This document shows, one piece after another, positions 1 to 11,000 of a DNA stretch of 64,000 nt (position 1 is the stretch's first letter; each line of letters starts with the position of its first letter). Position numbers and translations under genes: made by a program. This stretch comes from an uncultured bacterium (GTDB lineage Bacteria; Krumholzibacteriota; Krumholzibacteriia; Krumholzibacteriales; Krumholzibacteriaceae), in assembly GCA_963813815.1 (NCBI GenBank), contig CAWFAD010000012.1, forward strand, positions 160,001 to 224,000, in the 5' to 3' direction. The notes below the pieces were generated by a model that was not told the origin of the DNA, made no database searches, and saw only the letters and a list, made by a program, of their open reading frames with translations.

Positions 1-3000
1 CCTGCCGAGCGAGAGAGCGACGTCGACGAGCGCGGCGTCGAAGAGCAGCGTTTGCTGGCTCGCGCTCGGCAGCACGTTGGGGGACACGTCCGAAAGCGAC
101 GTGCGGACGGTGTCGCCGTCGGCGTCGCCGAAGCTGAGCGTCGTCGCCGAGCGATCGAGCGTGAGGGTCGAGCGCAGACCGGCATCCGCGGCGATAGCCG
201 CCTCGAACGAGACGCTCGTGCCGCTGCTCGCGGCGAGTGGAGCGAGGCTTCCCGTCACGTACGACGGATCGGGAGGCAGCTCGAACGTGACGGTATCCTC
301 CGGCGCCGCCCGCGACGCGAAGACGTGCCGGTCGCTCGTCGTTTCCACGGCGAGAACGGAGCCCGCGAGCGCCAGCGTTCCCGGAGAGATCATTCCCGTC
401 GTCGACACGGTGAACACGAGCCGCCCCGCGGCGCCGCCGCGCAGAACGGTTCCGCCCTCGACGAGCGCGAGCGGATTGTCGATGACGAACCCCGATCCCC
501 CCGGAATCACGACCCGGGTCGAATCGATCCGCCCCAGCTCGAGCGCCGCGTCCGACTGCCCGGTGTTGCGCACTTCCATTTCGACGCTCCACGCGCGATC
601 CTGCGATACGGTCACGGGATTCTGGAGCGGCGTGATGCGGGAGATCGCGAGCGCGGCGGGCGTCTGCACGAGCACGTCCCCGCTGATTCCCTGATCGCCG
701 CTCGCGAGAGAAATAATCCTGCCGCTCGTGAGCTCCGTGCCCCGGACGGTCGACTCGACGACGCAGGGTCCGGCGACCGAGCCGCTCCGGTCGATCCGCC
801 AGCGGAGCGTATCCGTCGATCCTCCCTCGAGCACGACGCCGCCTCCGGCGAGCTCGACCGGCGGAACGACGATGAAATCGCCCGAGGTCGAGAAGGCGAT
901 AAAGCTGGCCGCCGGATCGAGATCGAGCCCGAGGTCGGATTGACCGGCGTTCCGCACCGCCACGTCGCAGAACCAATCCTTCGTCTGAAGCGCCGTGACC
1001 GTGTCCGTCGAGGCCGTGACGGCCGCGAAGACGAGGCTCGCCGGCGTCTGCACGAGATAGCTCCCCTTGCCTCCGTACTCGGTCGTGGCGAGCAACGAAG
1101 CGCCGCTATTGAGATCCCGCCCCGCGAGAGCGGATTCGATGACGATCGTGCCCGTCGTCATGGCCCCGGAGGGATTGTCATCGAGCCTCACGAGAATCGC
1201 GCGCGTTTCGCCGCCGAGGAGAGAGTCGACATTGGGCGTGAAATCGAGCGGCGCGAGGATGCATTCCCCCGTCACATCGACCGGCCCGGCGAGGAGGCGC
1301 ATGGAAAAGCTCTCGAGGCGCACGGTGGCTCCGCCGTTGTTCCTGACCTGCACGCTCGCGAACCAGGGGGTCGCCTGATCCGCCGTGACCATGGGGGCGG
1401 GCAGCACCGTCGTGCTCGTGATGGCGAGCTGCGAGGGCTCTTGTACCCCGACGCTATCGGCGAGCGCGAAGATCGACGCGAAACGGAGGCCGTTCTCGGA
1501 TCCTCCGATCGCGAGTGAAGGCGGGTAGCTCCCGACGGCCATGTCTGAGGGCACGACGGCCGCTCTGAAATAGAGCGTCGCGACGCCGGGATCGATCGTT
1601 CGCCCGCGCGTCGCGTCGAGGGAGGCGGCATACGTCAGGGAGCCGTCCGTGAAGGTGAACCACGTCGAGTCGGGATCGCAGAGGACGCTCGCGCCCCCCG
1701 AGTTGGCCACGCCGACACCGAACGAGACGTCGCTCTGCTTGCTCACAACCGCCGGGGCGAGAGTGCCTATCACGTACGAGACCGCCGCGGGATCCACGAC
1801 CCTCATCTCGTCGGAGAGAACGAGCGTCGTATCGAAAAACCCGCCGTTTTCGGTTCCGCGGAGCCGCACCGCGACAGGCCAGCTTCCCGCGTCCATGGCC
1901 GTAGGCACAGAGACCGGCGGAAACACGAGCGCCGTGGCCGTGTTGCCCGGGATCGCCCCCGCGTAACCGAGCGGGACGGAAACGGCGTCGGCTCCGTCCG
2001 TGAAGGAGAGCCTCGTCTCCGACGGATCGAGTATGAGCGCCGCGTCGCCGGCGTTGCGCACGGAGAGGGAGAACGAATGCGTCTGCCCTCGCGATACGGT
2101 GTCCGGATCGAGCGTGGAGGCGACGTAGGACAGCGACGCCGCCGCCTGCACGAAGATGACCGACACGTTCGGATAGGCCGTTTGATCCTGCACCTGCGAG
2201 CCGTTGGCCTGCGCGGTGATCGACGCGTCGATCGTGTCGAAACCGAGCGGAGAGTAGCCGAGAGCGAATATATCATGACGGTAGAGCCGCTCCGCCCCCG
2301 GAGCGAGATCGTCCGGAAGCGGCGGATTCCAATCGCCGGCCATACCGTAGAAACCATTCGCGAACTTCAACGTTATGTCGATCACCGACACCGTCGAGCC
2401 GCCGCCGTTGCGCACGCGCACGTCCACGGTGAACGTGTCCCCCCGGCTCACGATCGCTTTCTCGGAAACGACCTGCAGGATGTCGACGTCCGAGACCGAT
2501 ACCGAATTCGATCCGGCGCTGAACTCGCCGCGGTACGAGAAACCGTAGATATCGTTCCCCGCGAGCGCCACGCGCGGCGTGTACGTGCCGCCGAGCAGGC
2601 CGGCGGGAACGACGACCGTTTGGAAGTCGAGCGTATCGGTCGCGGAGCCCCGCAGAAACGCGGGTGCCGCGAGATGAGCCTCGTAGACGTGTCCGAGACT
2701 GTCCGCGAACGATATGGTCGTCGCGGTCGAAAGGTACGTTCCCGTCGGACTCGTGTTGGAGGTCGAGCAGCGGAACTGAGCCGGCTCCGTGGGAAGGAGA
2801 TGCCGCGGCGCGAGGTAGCCCGCATAGAGGCAAACGGGCGCCGGAGCGAACACCACGGCCACCGATCCGACCGCGCTTCCAGTGACGCTCTGGAACTCGA
2901 CCGTCGAAACGGCCGGCGAGGTCGCGGAACGAACGAAGACGGACACCGCGCCGCTCGCCTCCGTCTGGCGCTCGACGGTGAGCGGCGTCGAGGGATCCTT

Positions 3001-6000
3001 GTCTTCGCTGATGACCGTTCCGGCGGAGGCCGTGACGCGCACGAGGGTGCCCGGCGCGACGACGTTGCCGTAGACATCGCGTATCGCCCCCGTGCTGATG
3101 GCGCTCGTGCTCGTGCCGTTCGCCGTGATGGTGTCGGGGATCACCGTCGCGATGCCGATCGCCCCGCTCGGCGCCTCGGGCGACACCGTGATCGTGCCGC
3201 TGTAGCTCGTGGCGCCCCCGGCGAGCGTCCGGGCCCGGAGAACGAGGAGCTCCGCGACGGTATCCCGGGCGCTCGCGGTCGCGCGGCCGGCCGACAGCGT
3301 GACCGGGTTTACGGCGAACGTCGCGGAGCCGTCGCTCGCGAGCAGCACCCGGGTCGTGTCGTCGTCGAACGCTTCGTTCCCGTACCCGTCGTACGCGATT
3401 ATCTCGACGGCGAAGCTCTCCCCCGCCTTTTTGGCGAAACCGTCCGGAATGACGTCGAACCGGGCGATGGTGCCCGCGATCGTCCCGACGTCGAACACGA
3501 CCTGCTCGAGCAGGGGCGGCGAGGCGTCGAGAATGGAGGCCGAAACCGAATTGACGCCGGCATTCGCGTCGGTCGTGAGCGCGCAGAGCGCCGCGCCGCC
3601 GGCGTCCGTGAGAACGAGCCCGTCGTTCGCGGCGCCGGTGCCGTCCCAGAGGACCGGGGATCCGCCGAGATCGCTCGTGACCTGAAAGCGAACGATCTCG
3701 TCCGGCGCGGCGTTGCCGTACCGGTCCGTCACGCGGGCCCTGAGATCGACGGAAGCCCCCGCGATGACCCCGGAGGTGTCTCCGTTGACCTCGACGACGC
3801 GGTAGGCGGCCGCCGGTTCGATCGCGATCTCCGCGCTCCAGGGAGCGAGCGTATCTCCGGCGAGCGAGAGGACGGCGATGCGGTTCGCCCCCGCCGTCGA
3901 ATCGAAAGCCGTGAACGAGGAGACGCCCGCGAGAAGCGTCATGACATCCGGGGTGAAATCGATCGACGCGCGCTCGGCCACCGCCCTGAGCCCGGTGCTC
4001 GAATCGGTATCGATCAGGTTACCGTAAACGTCGTACGCCGCGACCTCGCAGGTGAACATTTCTCCGGCCGTGAAGGACGTTCCGGGCAGCGACAGCGCGA
4101 CACGGTCGATGGCGCTCCGCGGAACGGTCGTCACGGTGAATCCCTGCGTCTCGAGACCCTCGGGACTCGCGTCGAGAATGGCGGCGCGCGCCCGATTCGT
4201 CCCGCAGAGCGTATCCGTGCGGAACCAAGCCCGAGCGACGCCCGCAGCGTCGCTCACCGCGAGCGGCGACGAGATCGCCCCGCCGCCTTCCTGCACGGTA
4301 AAGAACACGCTGTGGCCGTCGACCGTGTTGCCGTACGCGTCGAGCACACGCGCGGCGAGACGCACCGAATCCCCCACGGCGACTCCCGAGCTGTCCCCGC
4401 CGATCTTCACGAGCTGGTAGGCCGCTGCGTTGCCCACGGAGACGGCGCCGCTATACCCCTTGACGGCATTGCTCACGCTCGAGACCTCGACGCGGATGGG
4501 CTCCGCCACGGTGTACCGGAAATTGGCGCCGGCAAAGAGCCCGTTCACGAGCGTTCCGCTCGCGGGCGAAAGGGCGCTCGAGGCCGTCTGTGTGCTGTCG
4601 GAAGCCTCGACGGCCCTGAAATCGACCGTATAGCCGGCGGAGGCGACCCGGTTGCCGTAGAGATCGCGCGCCTCGGCCGTGACGGCGAACTCCGCCCCCG
4701 CGACCGCAGCGGCGGGAGCGGTGACGACGTAGGAGCTCACGACATCGTTCGCCACGATGAGAATCGGAATCTGCGCCGGCGCGAGGACCGCCGCTTCGTC
4801 CAGAGCGTCGATCTGCCATGAGCCGGCCCGCGTGCCTCGACCGTAGATGATAACGGCTCCCGAGGCGAGGTCCGCTTCGGTGATCGTCGCGCCGAAATCG
4901 CTCAAGCTGAACGAGAAGCCGCCGTCGACCGACGCTTGGAGAAGTATGCGGCTCGAGTTCGCGAGGTCCCGGTTGCCGTTCCCGTCGACCGCCTCGACGA
5001 CGAAGGAGAAGGTGATGCCCGCCTGCGACGTCGCCCCGGCGAGAACGGTCGCCCGCAGATCGGTCGCCCCGCTCGAAACGGACGAATAGACGGCGTCGAC
5101 GACGCTGGCGGAAGATACGGTGTTCGTGTAAGCGTCGATGGCGTCTTGCGCCCCGGCCGAGGCGGGGGCATGATACGTGACCGAAACGGTGCCGGTGCTA
5201 TCGCTCGTGCCGCGGCGCATCGACAGAGTGAGCTCTTCCGTCGTGCTGCCGGCCGCTGCGCTCAGATAGCCGTCGGCGGGAGTGTCCTTGATGTAGATCG
5301 TGACGTTTTCGTTGAAAACGAGGTTGTTGAAACCGTCCCGGAGCGTGGCCGTTACGGTCGTTTCCGTGTTCACCGTCACCGGCTTGCTCGCGGGGGCGAG
5401 CGCGACGGAGGCGACAGGTCCGTGATCGGTCGTCGCCGTGAAGACCGCTTCGCGAACGGTCCCGGTGGAAATCGCCGCCGTCGCTTCGTTCGTGTTGAGA
5501 CCGGCGACCGTTCCGAGCCGCCAGTATTCGCAGGATGCCGTTCCCGCGCCGCCCGTGACCGCCGTGGTCTGCACGCCCGCGAGCGCGACGCTCGCGTCGA
5601 TCGCGCCGCCCCCCGCCGTGGCGGCGAAGGCCACCGTGACGCCGGGCACCCGGTTTCCGAATGCATCCTCGACCGCGACGACGAGCTGCAGCGGCACCGG
5701 CGTATTGACGACCGCCCGCTGTCCGTCTCCGCTCACGGCGTAGACTCTATCCGCGCCCGCCGGAGAAACGGCGAGCGCCGTGGCGGACGCCGACGACACG
5801 CCGCCACTCGCCGCGGCGATCGTGATCGACTCCGCCAGGCGGTCCGTGATGAGGAGCTCCGCGTCCCCGCCGTCGATCGAGACGAACTGATAGGTCACGG
5901 TATCGCCGGCTTCGGACACGATGAAGCCCGCGGCGTTTCCGAGCCCCCACGTCGCCTCGTCGGCGGCCGCGGCCCTCACCGGATATACTTTGACCGTTCC

Positions 6001-9000
6001 GGCGAACGAGGTGAGCTTGTTGTTGTTGGCGTCCCGGGCGTCGATCGACACCGCCGCGGGAACCCCGGCCGTAGCCGTCCCGCCGTGCGTGACGATAAAG
6101 TGGTGGAGCGCTCCCGCCGTAAACGCCACGGGTACGACGTCATCGAGGAGAGCGCCTCCCGCGCGCGCCCGGATGCTCTTTATCTCCGCCACGGTCGACC
6201 GGACGCTCCCGGCCGCCCGGCCGTCCGCGCCCGTCACGACCGAGGGCTGAGCAATAGTGTTGCCGCTTCCCGTGCATTCGAGGGTCACGAGAACGCCGGG
6301 GATCGGATTCGAATCGGCGTCGCGCACGTACACGGTCACGATCACGGCATCCGCGCCGTCGGCGATGATCGCCGTTTTGTCGACCTGGATCTCGGAAACT
6401 ACCGGGTCGAAGGGGCCCGGCACAAAGCTCACGGCGGCTCCCGCCGTGACGAGCGCACCGTCCACGCGAGCCCGAATCGTTTTCGTCTCGGCGACGGTCG
6501 ATTTCACGCCGCCCCTCGCAAGGCCGTCCGGGCCCGTGAGCCCGACCGGCTGCCGTATGTCGTTCCCGCTCCCCGTGCACTCGAGCGCCACGACGCTCCC
6601 CGAGATCGGGTTCCCTTCCCCATCCCGAACAGTCACCGTCACGAGCACGGAATCGGCGCCGTCGGCCGTGATCGTCGTCTTGCTCACATCGAGGTCGGAT
6701 ACGTCAGGAGAGAAAGGCCCCGCCGCGAACGTGACAGGAATGCTCTCCGCCAAATAAACCGCGTCAACGAGCGCGCGTATCGTCTTACCCTCGGCCGCGG
6801 TCGATTTCACGCTTCCAACGGCCCGGCCCAGTACGTCGGTGAGGCTCCCCGGCTGCCGGATCGAGTTCTCCGTTCCCGTGCACACGATCGTCACGGCCTT
6901 GCCCGAGATCGGGTTCCCCTGCCCGTCCCGGACAGTCACCGTCACAACGATCGAGTCCACCCCGTCCGCCGTCGCCGTCGTCTTGCTCACCGCAATGTCC
7001 GACACCGACGGATCAAACGGTCCCGTCACGAACGAGACGGGAATGCTCTCCACCAGGTAAACCGCGTCAACGAGCGCGCTGATCGTCTTCCCCTCGGCCG
7101 CGGTCGATTTCACGCTTCCAACGGCCCGGCCCAGTGCGTCGGTGAGGCTCCCCGGCTGCCGGATCGAGTTCTCCGTTCCCGTGCACTCGAGCGCCACAAC
7201 GCTCCCCGAGATCGGGTTCCCCTGCCCGTCACGAACAGTCACCGTCACAACGATCGAGTCCACCCCGTCCGCCGTCGCCGTCGTCTTGCTCACCGCAATG
7301 TCCGACACCGACGGATCAAACGGACCCGTCACAAAGCTCACCGCCACGAGCTCCGTCAGATATATCCCGTTCGCTCGAGCGCGTATCGTCTTGCCCTCCG
7401 CCACCGTCGACGCCACGCTCCCCACCGCCACCCCACTCGCGTTCGTCACCGCACCCGGCTGCCGTACGTCGTTCCCGCTCCCCGTGCACTCGAGCGCCAC
7501 AACGCTCCCCGAGATCGGGTTCCCCTGCCCGTCACGAACAGTCACCGTCACAACGATCGAGTCCACCCCGTCCGCCGTCGCCGTCGTCTTGCTCACCGCA
7601 ATGTCCGACACCGACGGATCAAACGGACCCGTCACAAAGCTCACCACCACCTGCTCCGTCAGATATATCCCGTTCGCTCGAGCACGTATCGTCTTGCCCT
7701 CCGCCACCGTCGACGCCACGCTCCCCACCGCCACCCCACTCGCGTTCGTCACCGCACCCGGCTGCCGTACGTCGTTCCCGCTCCCCGTGCACTCGAGCGC
7801 CACGACGCTCCCCGAGATCGGGTTCCCCTCCCCGTCTCGAACAGTCACCGTCACAACGATCGAGTCCACCCCGTCAGCCGTCGCCGTCGTCTTGCTCACC
7901 GCAATGTCCGACACCGACGGATCAAACGGACCCGTCACAAAGCTCACCGCCACGAGCTCCGTCAGATATATCCCGTTCGCTCGAGCGCGTATCGTCTTGC
8001 CCTCCGCCACCGTCGACGCCACGCTCCCCACCGCCACCCCACTCGCGTTCGTCACCGCACCCGGCTGCCGTACGTCGTTCCCGCTCCCCGTGCACTCGAG
8101 CGCCACGACGCTCCCCGAGATCGGGTTCCCCTGCCCGTCTCGAACAGTCACCGTCACAACGATCGAGTCCACCCCGTCAGCCGTCGCCGTCGTCTTGCTC
8201 ACCGCAATGTCCGACACCGACGGATCAAACGGACCCGTCACAAAGCTCACCGCCACCTGCTCCGTCAGATATATCCCGTTCGCTCGAGCGCGTATCGTCT
8301 TGCCCTCCGCCACCGTCGACGCCACGCTCCCCACCGCCACCCCACTCGCGTTCGTCACCGCACCCGGCTGCCGTACGTCGTTCCCGCTCCCCGTGCACTC
8401 GAGCGCCACGACGCTCCCCGAGATCGGGTTCCCCTGCCCGTCCCGAACAGTCACCGTCACAACGATCGAGTCCACCCCGTCCGCCGTCGCCGTCGTCTTG
8501 CTCACCGCAATGTCCGACACCGACGGATCAAACGGACCCGTCACAAAGCTCACCGCCACGAGCTCCGTCAGATATATCCCGTTCGCTCGAGCGCGTATCG
8601 TCTTGCCCTCCGCCACCGTCGACGCCACGCTCCCCACCGCCACCCCACTCGCGTTCGTCACCGCACCCGGCTGCCGTATGTCGTTCCCGCTCCCCGTGCA
8701 CTCGAGCGCCACGACGCTCCCCGAGATCGGGTTCCCCTGCCCGTCTCGAACAGTCACCGTCACAACGATCGAGTCCACCCCGTCAGCCGTCGCCGTCGTC
8801 TTGCTCACCGCAATGTCCGACACCGACGGATCAAACGGACCCGTCATAAAGCTCACCGCCACCTGCTCCGTCAGATATATCCCGTTCGCTCGAGCGCGTA
8901 TCGTCTTGCCCTCCGCCACCGTCGACGCCACGCTCCCCACCGCCACCCCACTCGCGTTCGTCACCGCACCCGGCTGCCGTATGTCGTTCCCGCTCCCCGT

Positions 9001-10950
9001 GCACTCGAGCGCCACGACGCTCCCCGAGATCGGGTTCCCCTCCCCGTCCCGAACAGTCACCGTCACAACGATCGAGTCCACCCCGTCCGCCGTCGCCGTC
9101 GTCTTGCTCACCGCGATGTCCGACACCGACGGATCAAACGGACCCGTCACAAAGCTCACCGCCACGAGCTCCGTCAGATATATCCCGTTCGCTCGAGCGC
9201 GTATCGTCTTGCCCTCCGCCACCGTCGACGCCACGCTCCCCACCGCCACCCCACTCGCGTTCGTCACCGCACCCGGCTGCCGTATGTCGTTCCCGCTCCC
9301 CGTGCACTCGAGCGCCACGACGCTCCCCGAGATCGGGTTCCCCTCCCCATCCCGAACAGTCACCGTCACAACGATCGAGTCCACCCCGTCCGCCGTCGCC
9401 GTCGTCTTGCTCACCGCGATGTCCGACACCGACGGATCAAACGGACCCGCCACGAAGACCGCCTCGAGGTCATGGGCGACGTATATACCTCCGCTCGAGG
9501 CAGTGACCGTCTTGCTCTCGGCCACGAGCGAGCGAATCGAGCCGCTCGCGAGACCGTTCACGTCCGTCGCTGCGGCGGGCTGGATGATCGTGTTGCCGCT
9601 TCCCGTCGCCTCGAATGCGACGGTCGCCCCCTCGATGCCGTTCGAAAACTCGTCGAGGATATGCGCGGCGAGCGGAACGGAATCGACCCCGTCCGCGACG
9701 GCGCTCGGGTCGCTCGAGACGATATCCGAAACTACCGGATCGTATGGGGCGTGATCGATGTAGATCGCGGCGGAGGCGGCCTCGAGCGTCGGAAAGACCC
9801 CGTCCTGATCGAGCAGGCCGAGGATGTAGGGAATGACGAGCTCCTTCAGGGTGTTGCGATAGTCGAGAGAGATGGAATACGAGCCGCTCGGAATAACGAT
9901 CTGCGCGATCGGAGTCGAGTGATCGCCCGTCGTGTAAAAGCTCCCCGGCTGGCCGAAAAGCGAGATGGTCTGGCTGCTCGAAACAGGGCTCGGGTTGCCG
10001 AAGGCGTCCTCCACGAGCAGCCGGTACCTCACGTAGTCGCCCGCGACGGCGAGCGTATCCGCCGGCGCAACGAGGAGACGGAATGGCGTGCCGGGCAGGA
10101 CGGTGATGCTCTGCTGCGGGTCGGCCCAATCCTGCCCCACTGCCGATGCCGTGATGGTCTTGACGCCCGCGACCGTATCGCGATAGTAGAAAGAGACGGT
10201 ATCGGTTCCAACCGCAATCGTCACCGTATCGGTATCCGAAAAGCCCGCGCCCCCGAGATGCGAGAATCGTCCGGTAGGGGCGCTCGACGAAAGATACACG
10301 TCCAGATCCGCGGAAACGGGCGTTGAGTTCCCAAAGGCATCCACGGAGGAGAGACGAATCACGCTGCTTTCCGAGTCAGCCGGAAAGACGCGCGGCGGAG
10401 TGACGAACGCGATCCCCGCGGTCGGGCCGCCCACGACGACATCGAGGGTCGGCGACGATGCGATGGGCACCCGAGGGCCCGGAGTGTTGGGATCTGAGCG
10501 CACCAGGAAAGGGACGTTGCTCTCGGGATAGGTCTGCGCCCTCGCCGCGCCGCCCGGATTCACTGAAACGTCGCCGTATATGACCGCCACCGTCTGCCCC
10601 AAGCCGAGGGTCGTAATGTTGACGATAATGCTTTGCCCCGAGATCGTGATAGCCGGCGTTCCGAGAGTCCCGGCCGTCGAAGCCCTCACGTAGCCAGCCA
10701 CCAATGAGCTCAATATTTGCGGCGGACTCCATCCATCGGGAATAACGACCTCGATCGAGCCGACGGAGAATGTCTCCGCGCTCGTGTAAGTAATGGTCCA
10801 CGTGCCATACGTGCCGACTATGACATCCGCCGACGGGCTGATGACGGCCGTGCCCGATCCCTCGGCGGCCCGAGCGCCAGGCCCGGCGAGCGCCGAGAGG
10901 ACGAGCAACGCAATGAGCAGCGGAATGATTCTGGGGAATTGTTTTTTCAT
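1..10950 (-). CDS. Giant secreted Ig-like (Big_1/invasin-type) repeat protein, putative adhesin; >=3650 aa, 3' end outside window
   Basis: ATG at 10950 gives MKKQFPRIIPLLIALLVLSALAGPGARA (signal peptide). The same frame reads sensibly at position 1 (..SQQTLLFDAALVDVALSLGR) and is absent from the ORF track, consistent with no stop in the window. Recurrent D.xGN / ADG.D Big_1-type motifs; T/V/S/A-rich. Confidence 0.88.
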   Translation of the reverse strand, partial: MKKQFPRIIPLLIALLVLSALAGPGARAAEGSGTAVISPSADVIVGTYGTWTITYTSAETFSVGSIEVVIPDGWSPPQILSSLVAGYVRASTAGTLGTPAITISGQSIIVNITTLGLGQTVAVIYGDVSVNPGGAARAQTYPESNVPFLVRSDPNTPGPRVPIASSPTLDVVVGGPTAGIAFVTPPRVFPADSESSVIRLSSVDAFGNSTPVSADLDVYLSSSAPTGRFSHLGGAGFSDTDTVTIAVGTDTVSFYYRDTVAGVKTITASAVGQDWADPQQSITVLPGTPFRLLVAPADTLAVAGDYVRYRLLVEDAFGNPSPVSSSQTISLFGQPGSFYTTGDHSTPIAQIVIPSGSYSISLDYRNTLKELVIPYILGLLDQDGVFPTLEAASAAIYIDHAPYDPVVSDIVSSDPSAVADGVDSVPLAAHILDEFSNGIEGATVAFEATGSGNTIIQPAAATDVNGLASGSIRSLVAESKTVTASSGGIYVAHDLEAVFVAGPFDPSVSDIAVSKTTATADGVDSIVVTVTVRDGEGNPISGSVVALECTGSGNDIRQPGAVTNASGVAVGSVASTVAEGKTIRARANGIYLTELVAVSFVTGPFDPSVSDIAVSKTTATADGVDSIVVTVTVRDGEGNPISGSVVALECTGSGNDIRQPGAVTNASGVAVGSVASTVAEGKTIRARANGIYLTEQVAVSFMTGPFDPSVSDIAVSKTTATADGVDSIVVTVTVRDGQGNPISGSVVALECTGSGNDIRQPGAVTNASGVAVGSVASTVAEGKTIRARANGIYLTELVAVSFVTGPFDPSVSDIAVSKTTATADGVDSIVVTVTVRDGQGNPISGSVVALECTGSGNDVRQPGAVTNASGVAVGSVASTVAEGKTIRARANGIYLTEQVAVSFVTGPFDPSVSDIAVSKTTATADGVDSIVVTVTVRDGQGNPISGSVVALECTGSGNDVRQPGAVTNASGVAVGSVASTVAEGKTIRARANGIYLTELVAVSFVTGPFDPSVSDIAVSKTTATADGVDSIVVTVTVRDGEGNPISGSVVALECTGSGNDVRQPGAVTNASGVAVGSVASTVAEGKTIRARANGIYLTEQVVVSFVTGPFDPSVSDIAVSKTTATADGVDSIVVTVTVRDGQGNPISGSVVALECTGSGNDVRQPGAVTNASGVAVGSVASTVAEGKTIRARANGIYLTELVAVSFVTGPFDPSVSDIAVSKTTATADGVDSIVVTVTVRDGQGNPISGSVVALECTGTENSIRQPGSLTDALGRAVGSVKSTAAEGKTISALVDAVYLVESIPVSFVTGPFDPSVSDIAVSKTTATADGVDSIVVTVTVRDGQGNPISGKAVTIVCTGTENSIRQPGSLTDVLGRAVGSVKSTAAEGKTIRALVDAVYLAESIPVTFAAGPFSPDVSDLDVSKTTITADGADSVLVTVTVRDGEGNPISGSVVALECTGSGNDIRQPVGLTGPDGLARGGVKSTVAETKTIRARVDGALVTAGAAVSFVPGPFDPVVSEIQVDKTAIIADGADAVIVTVYVRDADSNPIPGVLVTLECTGSGNTIAQPSVVTGADGRAAGSVRSTVAEIKSIRARAGGALLDDVVPVAFTAGALHHFIVTHGGTATAGVPAAVSIDARDANNNKLTSFAGTVKVYPVRAAAADEATWGLGNAAGFIVSEAGDTVTYQFVSIDGGDAELLITDRLAESITIAAASGGVSSASATALAVSPAGADRVYAVSGDGQRAVVNTPVPLQLVVAVEDAFGNRVPGVTVAFAATAGGGAIDASVALAGVQTTAVTGGAGTASCEYWRLGTVAGLNTNEATAAISTGTVREAVFTATTDHGPVASVALAPASKPVTVNTETTVTATLRDGFNNLVFNENVTIYIKDTPADGYLSAAAGSTTEELTLSMRRGTSDSTGTVSVTYHAPASAGAQDAIDAYTNTVSSASVVDAVYSSVSSGATDLRATVLAGATSQAGITFSFVVEAVDGNGNRDLANSSRILLQASVDGGFSFSLSDFGATITEADLASGAVIIYGRGTRAGSWQIDALDEAAVLAPAQIPILIVANDVVSSYVVTAPAAAVAGAEFAVTAEARDLYGNRVASAGYTVDFRAVEASDSTQTASSALSPASGTLVNGLFAGANFRYTVAEPIRVEVSSVSNAVKGYSGAVSVGNAAAYQLVKIGGDSSGVAVGDSVRLAARVLDAYGNTVDGHSVFFTVQEGGGAISSPLAVSDAAGVARAWFRTDTLCGTNRARAAILDASPEGLETQGFTVTTVPRSAIDRVALSLPGTSFTAGEMFTCEVAAYDVYGNLIDTDSSTGLRAVAERASIDFTPDVMTLLAGVSSFTAFDSTAGANRIAVLSLAGDTLAPWSAEIAIEPAAAYRVVEVNGDTSGVIAGASVDLRARVTDRYGNAAPDEIVRFQVTSDLGGSPVLWDGTGAANDGLVLTDAGGAALCALTTDANAGVNSVSASILDASPPLLEQVVFDVGTIAGTIARFDVIPDGFAKKAGESFAVEIIAYDGYGNEAFDDDTTRVLLASDGSATFAVNPVTLSAGRATASARDTVAELLVLRARTLAGGATSYSGTITVSPEAPSGAIGIATVIPDTITANGTSTSAISTGAIRDVYGNVVAPGTLVRVTASAGTVISEDKDPSTPLTVERQTEASGAVSVFVRSATSPAVSTVEFQSVTGSAVGSVAVVFAPAPVCLYAGYLAPRHLLPTEPAQFRCSTSNTSPTGTYLSTATTISFADSLGHVYEAHLAAPAFLRGSATDTLDFQTVVVPAGLLGGTYTPRVALAGNDIYGFSYRGEFSAGSNSVSVSDVDILQVVSEKAIVSRGDTFTVDVRVRNGGGSTVSVIDITLKFANGFYGMAGDWNPPLPDDLAPGAERLYRHDIFALGYSPLGFDTIDASITAQANGSQVQDQTAYPNVSVIFVQAAASLSYVASTLDPDTVSRGQTHSFSLSVRNAGDAALILDPSETRLSFTDGADAVSVPLGYAGAIPGNTATALVFPPVSVPTAMDAGSWPVAVRLRGTENGGFFDTTLVLSDEMRVVDPAAVSYVIGTLAPAVVSKQSDVSFGVGVANSGGASVLCDPDSTWFTFTDGSLTYAASLDATRGRTIDPGVATLYFRAAVVPSDMAVGSYPPSLAIGGSENGLRFASIFALADSVGVQEPSQLAITSTTVLPAPMVTADQATPWFASVQVRNNGGATVRLESFSMRLLAGPVDVTGECILAPLDFTPNVDSLLGGETRAILVRLDDNPSGAMTTGTIVIESALAGRDLNSGASLLATTEYGGKGSYLVQTPASLVFAAVTASTDTVTALQTKDWFCDVAVRNAGQSDLGLDLDPAASFIAFSTSGDFIVVPPVELAGGGVVLEGGSTDTLRWRIDRSGSVAGPCVVESTVRGTELTSGRIISLASGDQGISGDVLVQTPAALAISRITPLQNPVTVSQDRAWSVEMEVRNTGQSDAALELGRIDSTRVVIPGGSGFVIDNPLALVEGGTVLRGGAAGRLVFTVSTTGMISPGTLALAGSVLAVETTSDRHVFASRAAPEDTVTFELPPDPSYVTGSLAPLAASSGTSVSFEAAIAADAGLRSTLTLDRSATTLSFGDADGDTVRTSLSDVSPNVLPSASQQTLLFDAALVDVALSLGR
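6240..9750 (-). repeat. Intragenic tandem array of 303-bp (101-aa) Ig-like units; about 12 copies, ~7172-9450 near-identical
   Basis: gttcccgctccccgtgcactcgagcgccac recurs with 303-bp period (7471, 7774, 8077, 8380, 8683, 8986, 9289). Unit GPFDPSVSDIAVSKTTATADGVDSIVVTVTVRDG(E/Q)GNPISGSVVALECTGSGND..; diverged copies at both ends. Confidence 0.95.
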
Positions 10951-11000
10951 CTTTCGAATCCGGCTCCCGGCCCTGTTTTCGCAGCTGATTCGGAAAATTC

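Noticed and set aside
7172..9450. Repeat array as CRISPR or mobile element
   Set aside because: Contiguous in-frame 303-bp units with no spacers, cas genes or transposase.
52..10326. Long plus-strand ORFs (488, 914, 1796, 870 aa)
   Set aside because: Antisense shadows of the giant minus-strand gene in high-GC DNA; Arg/His-rich with no motifs.
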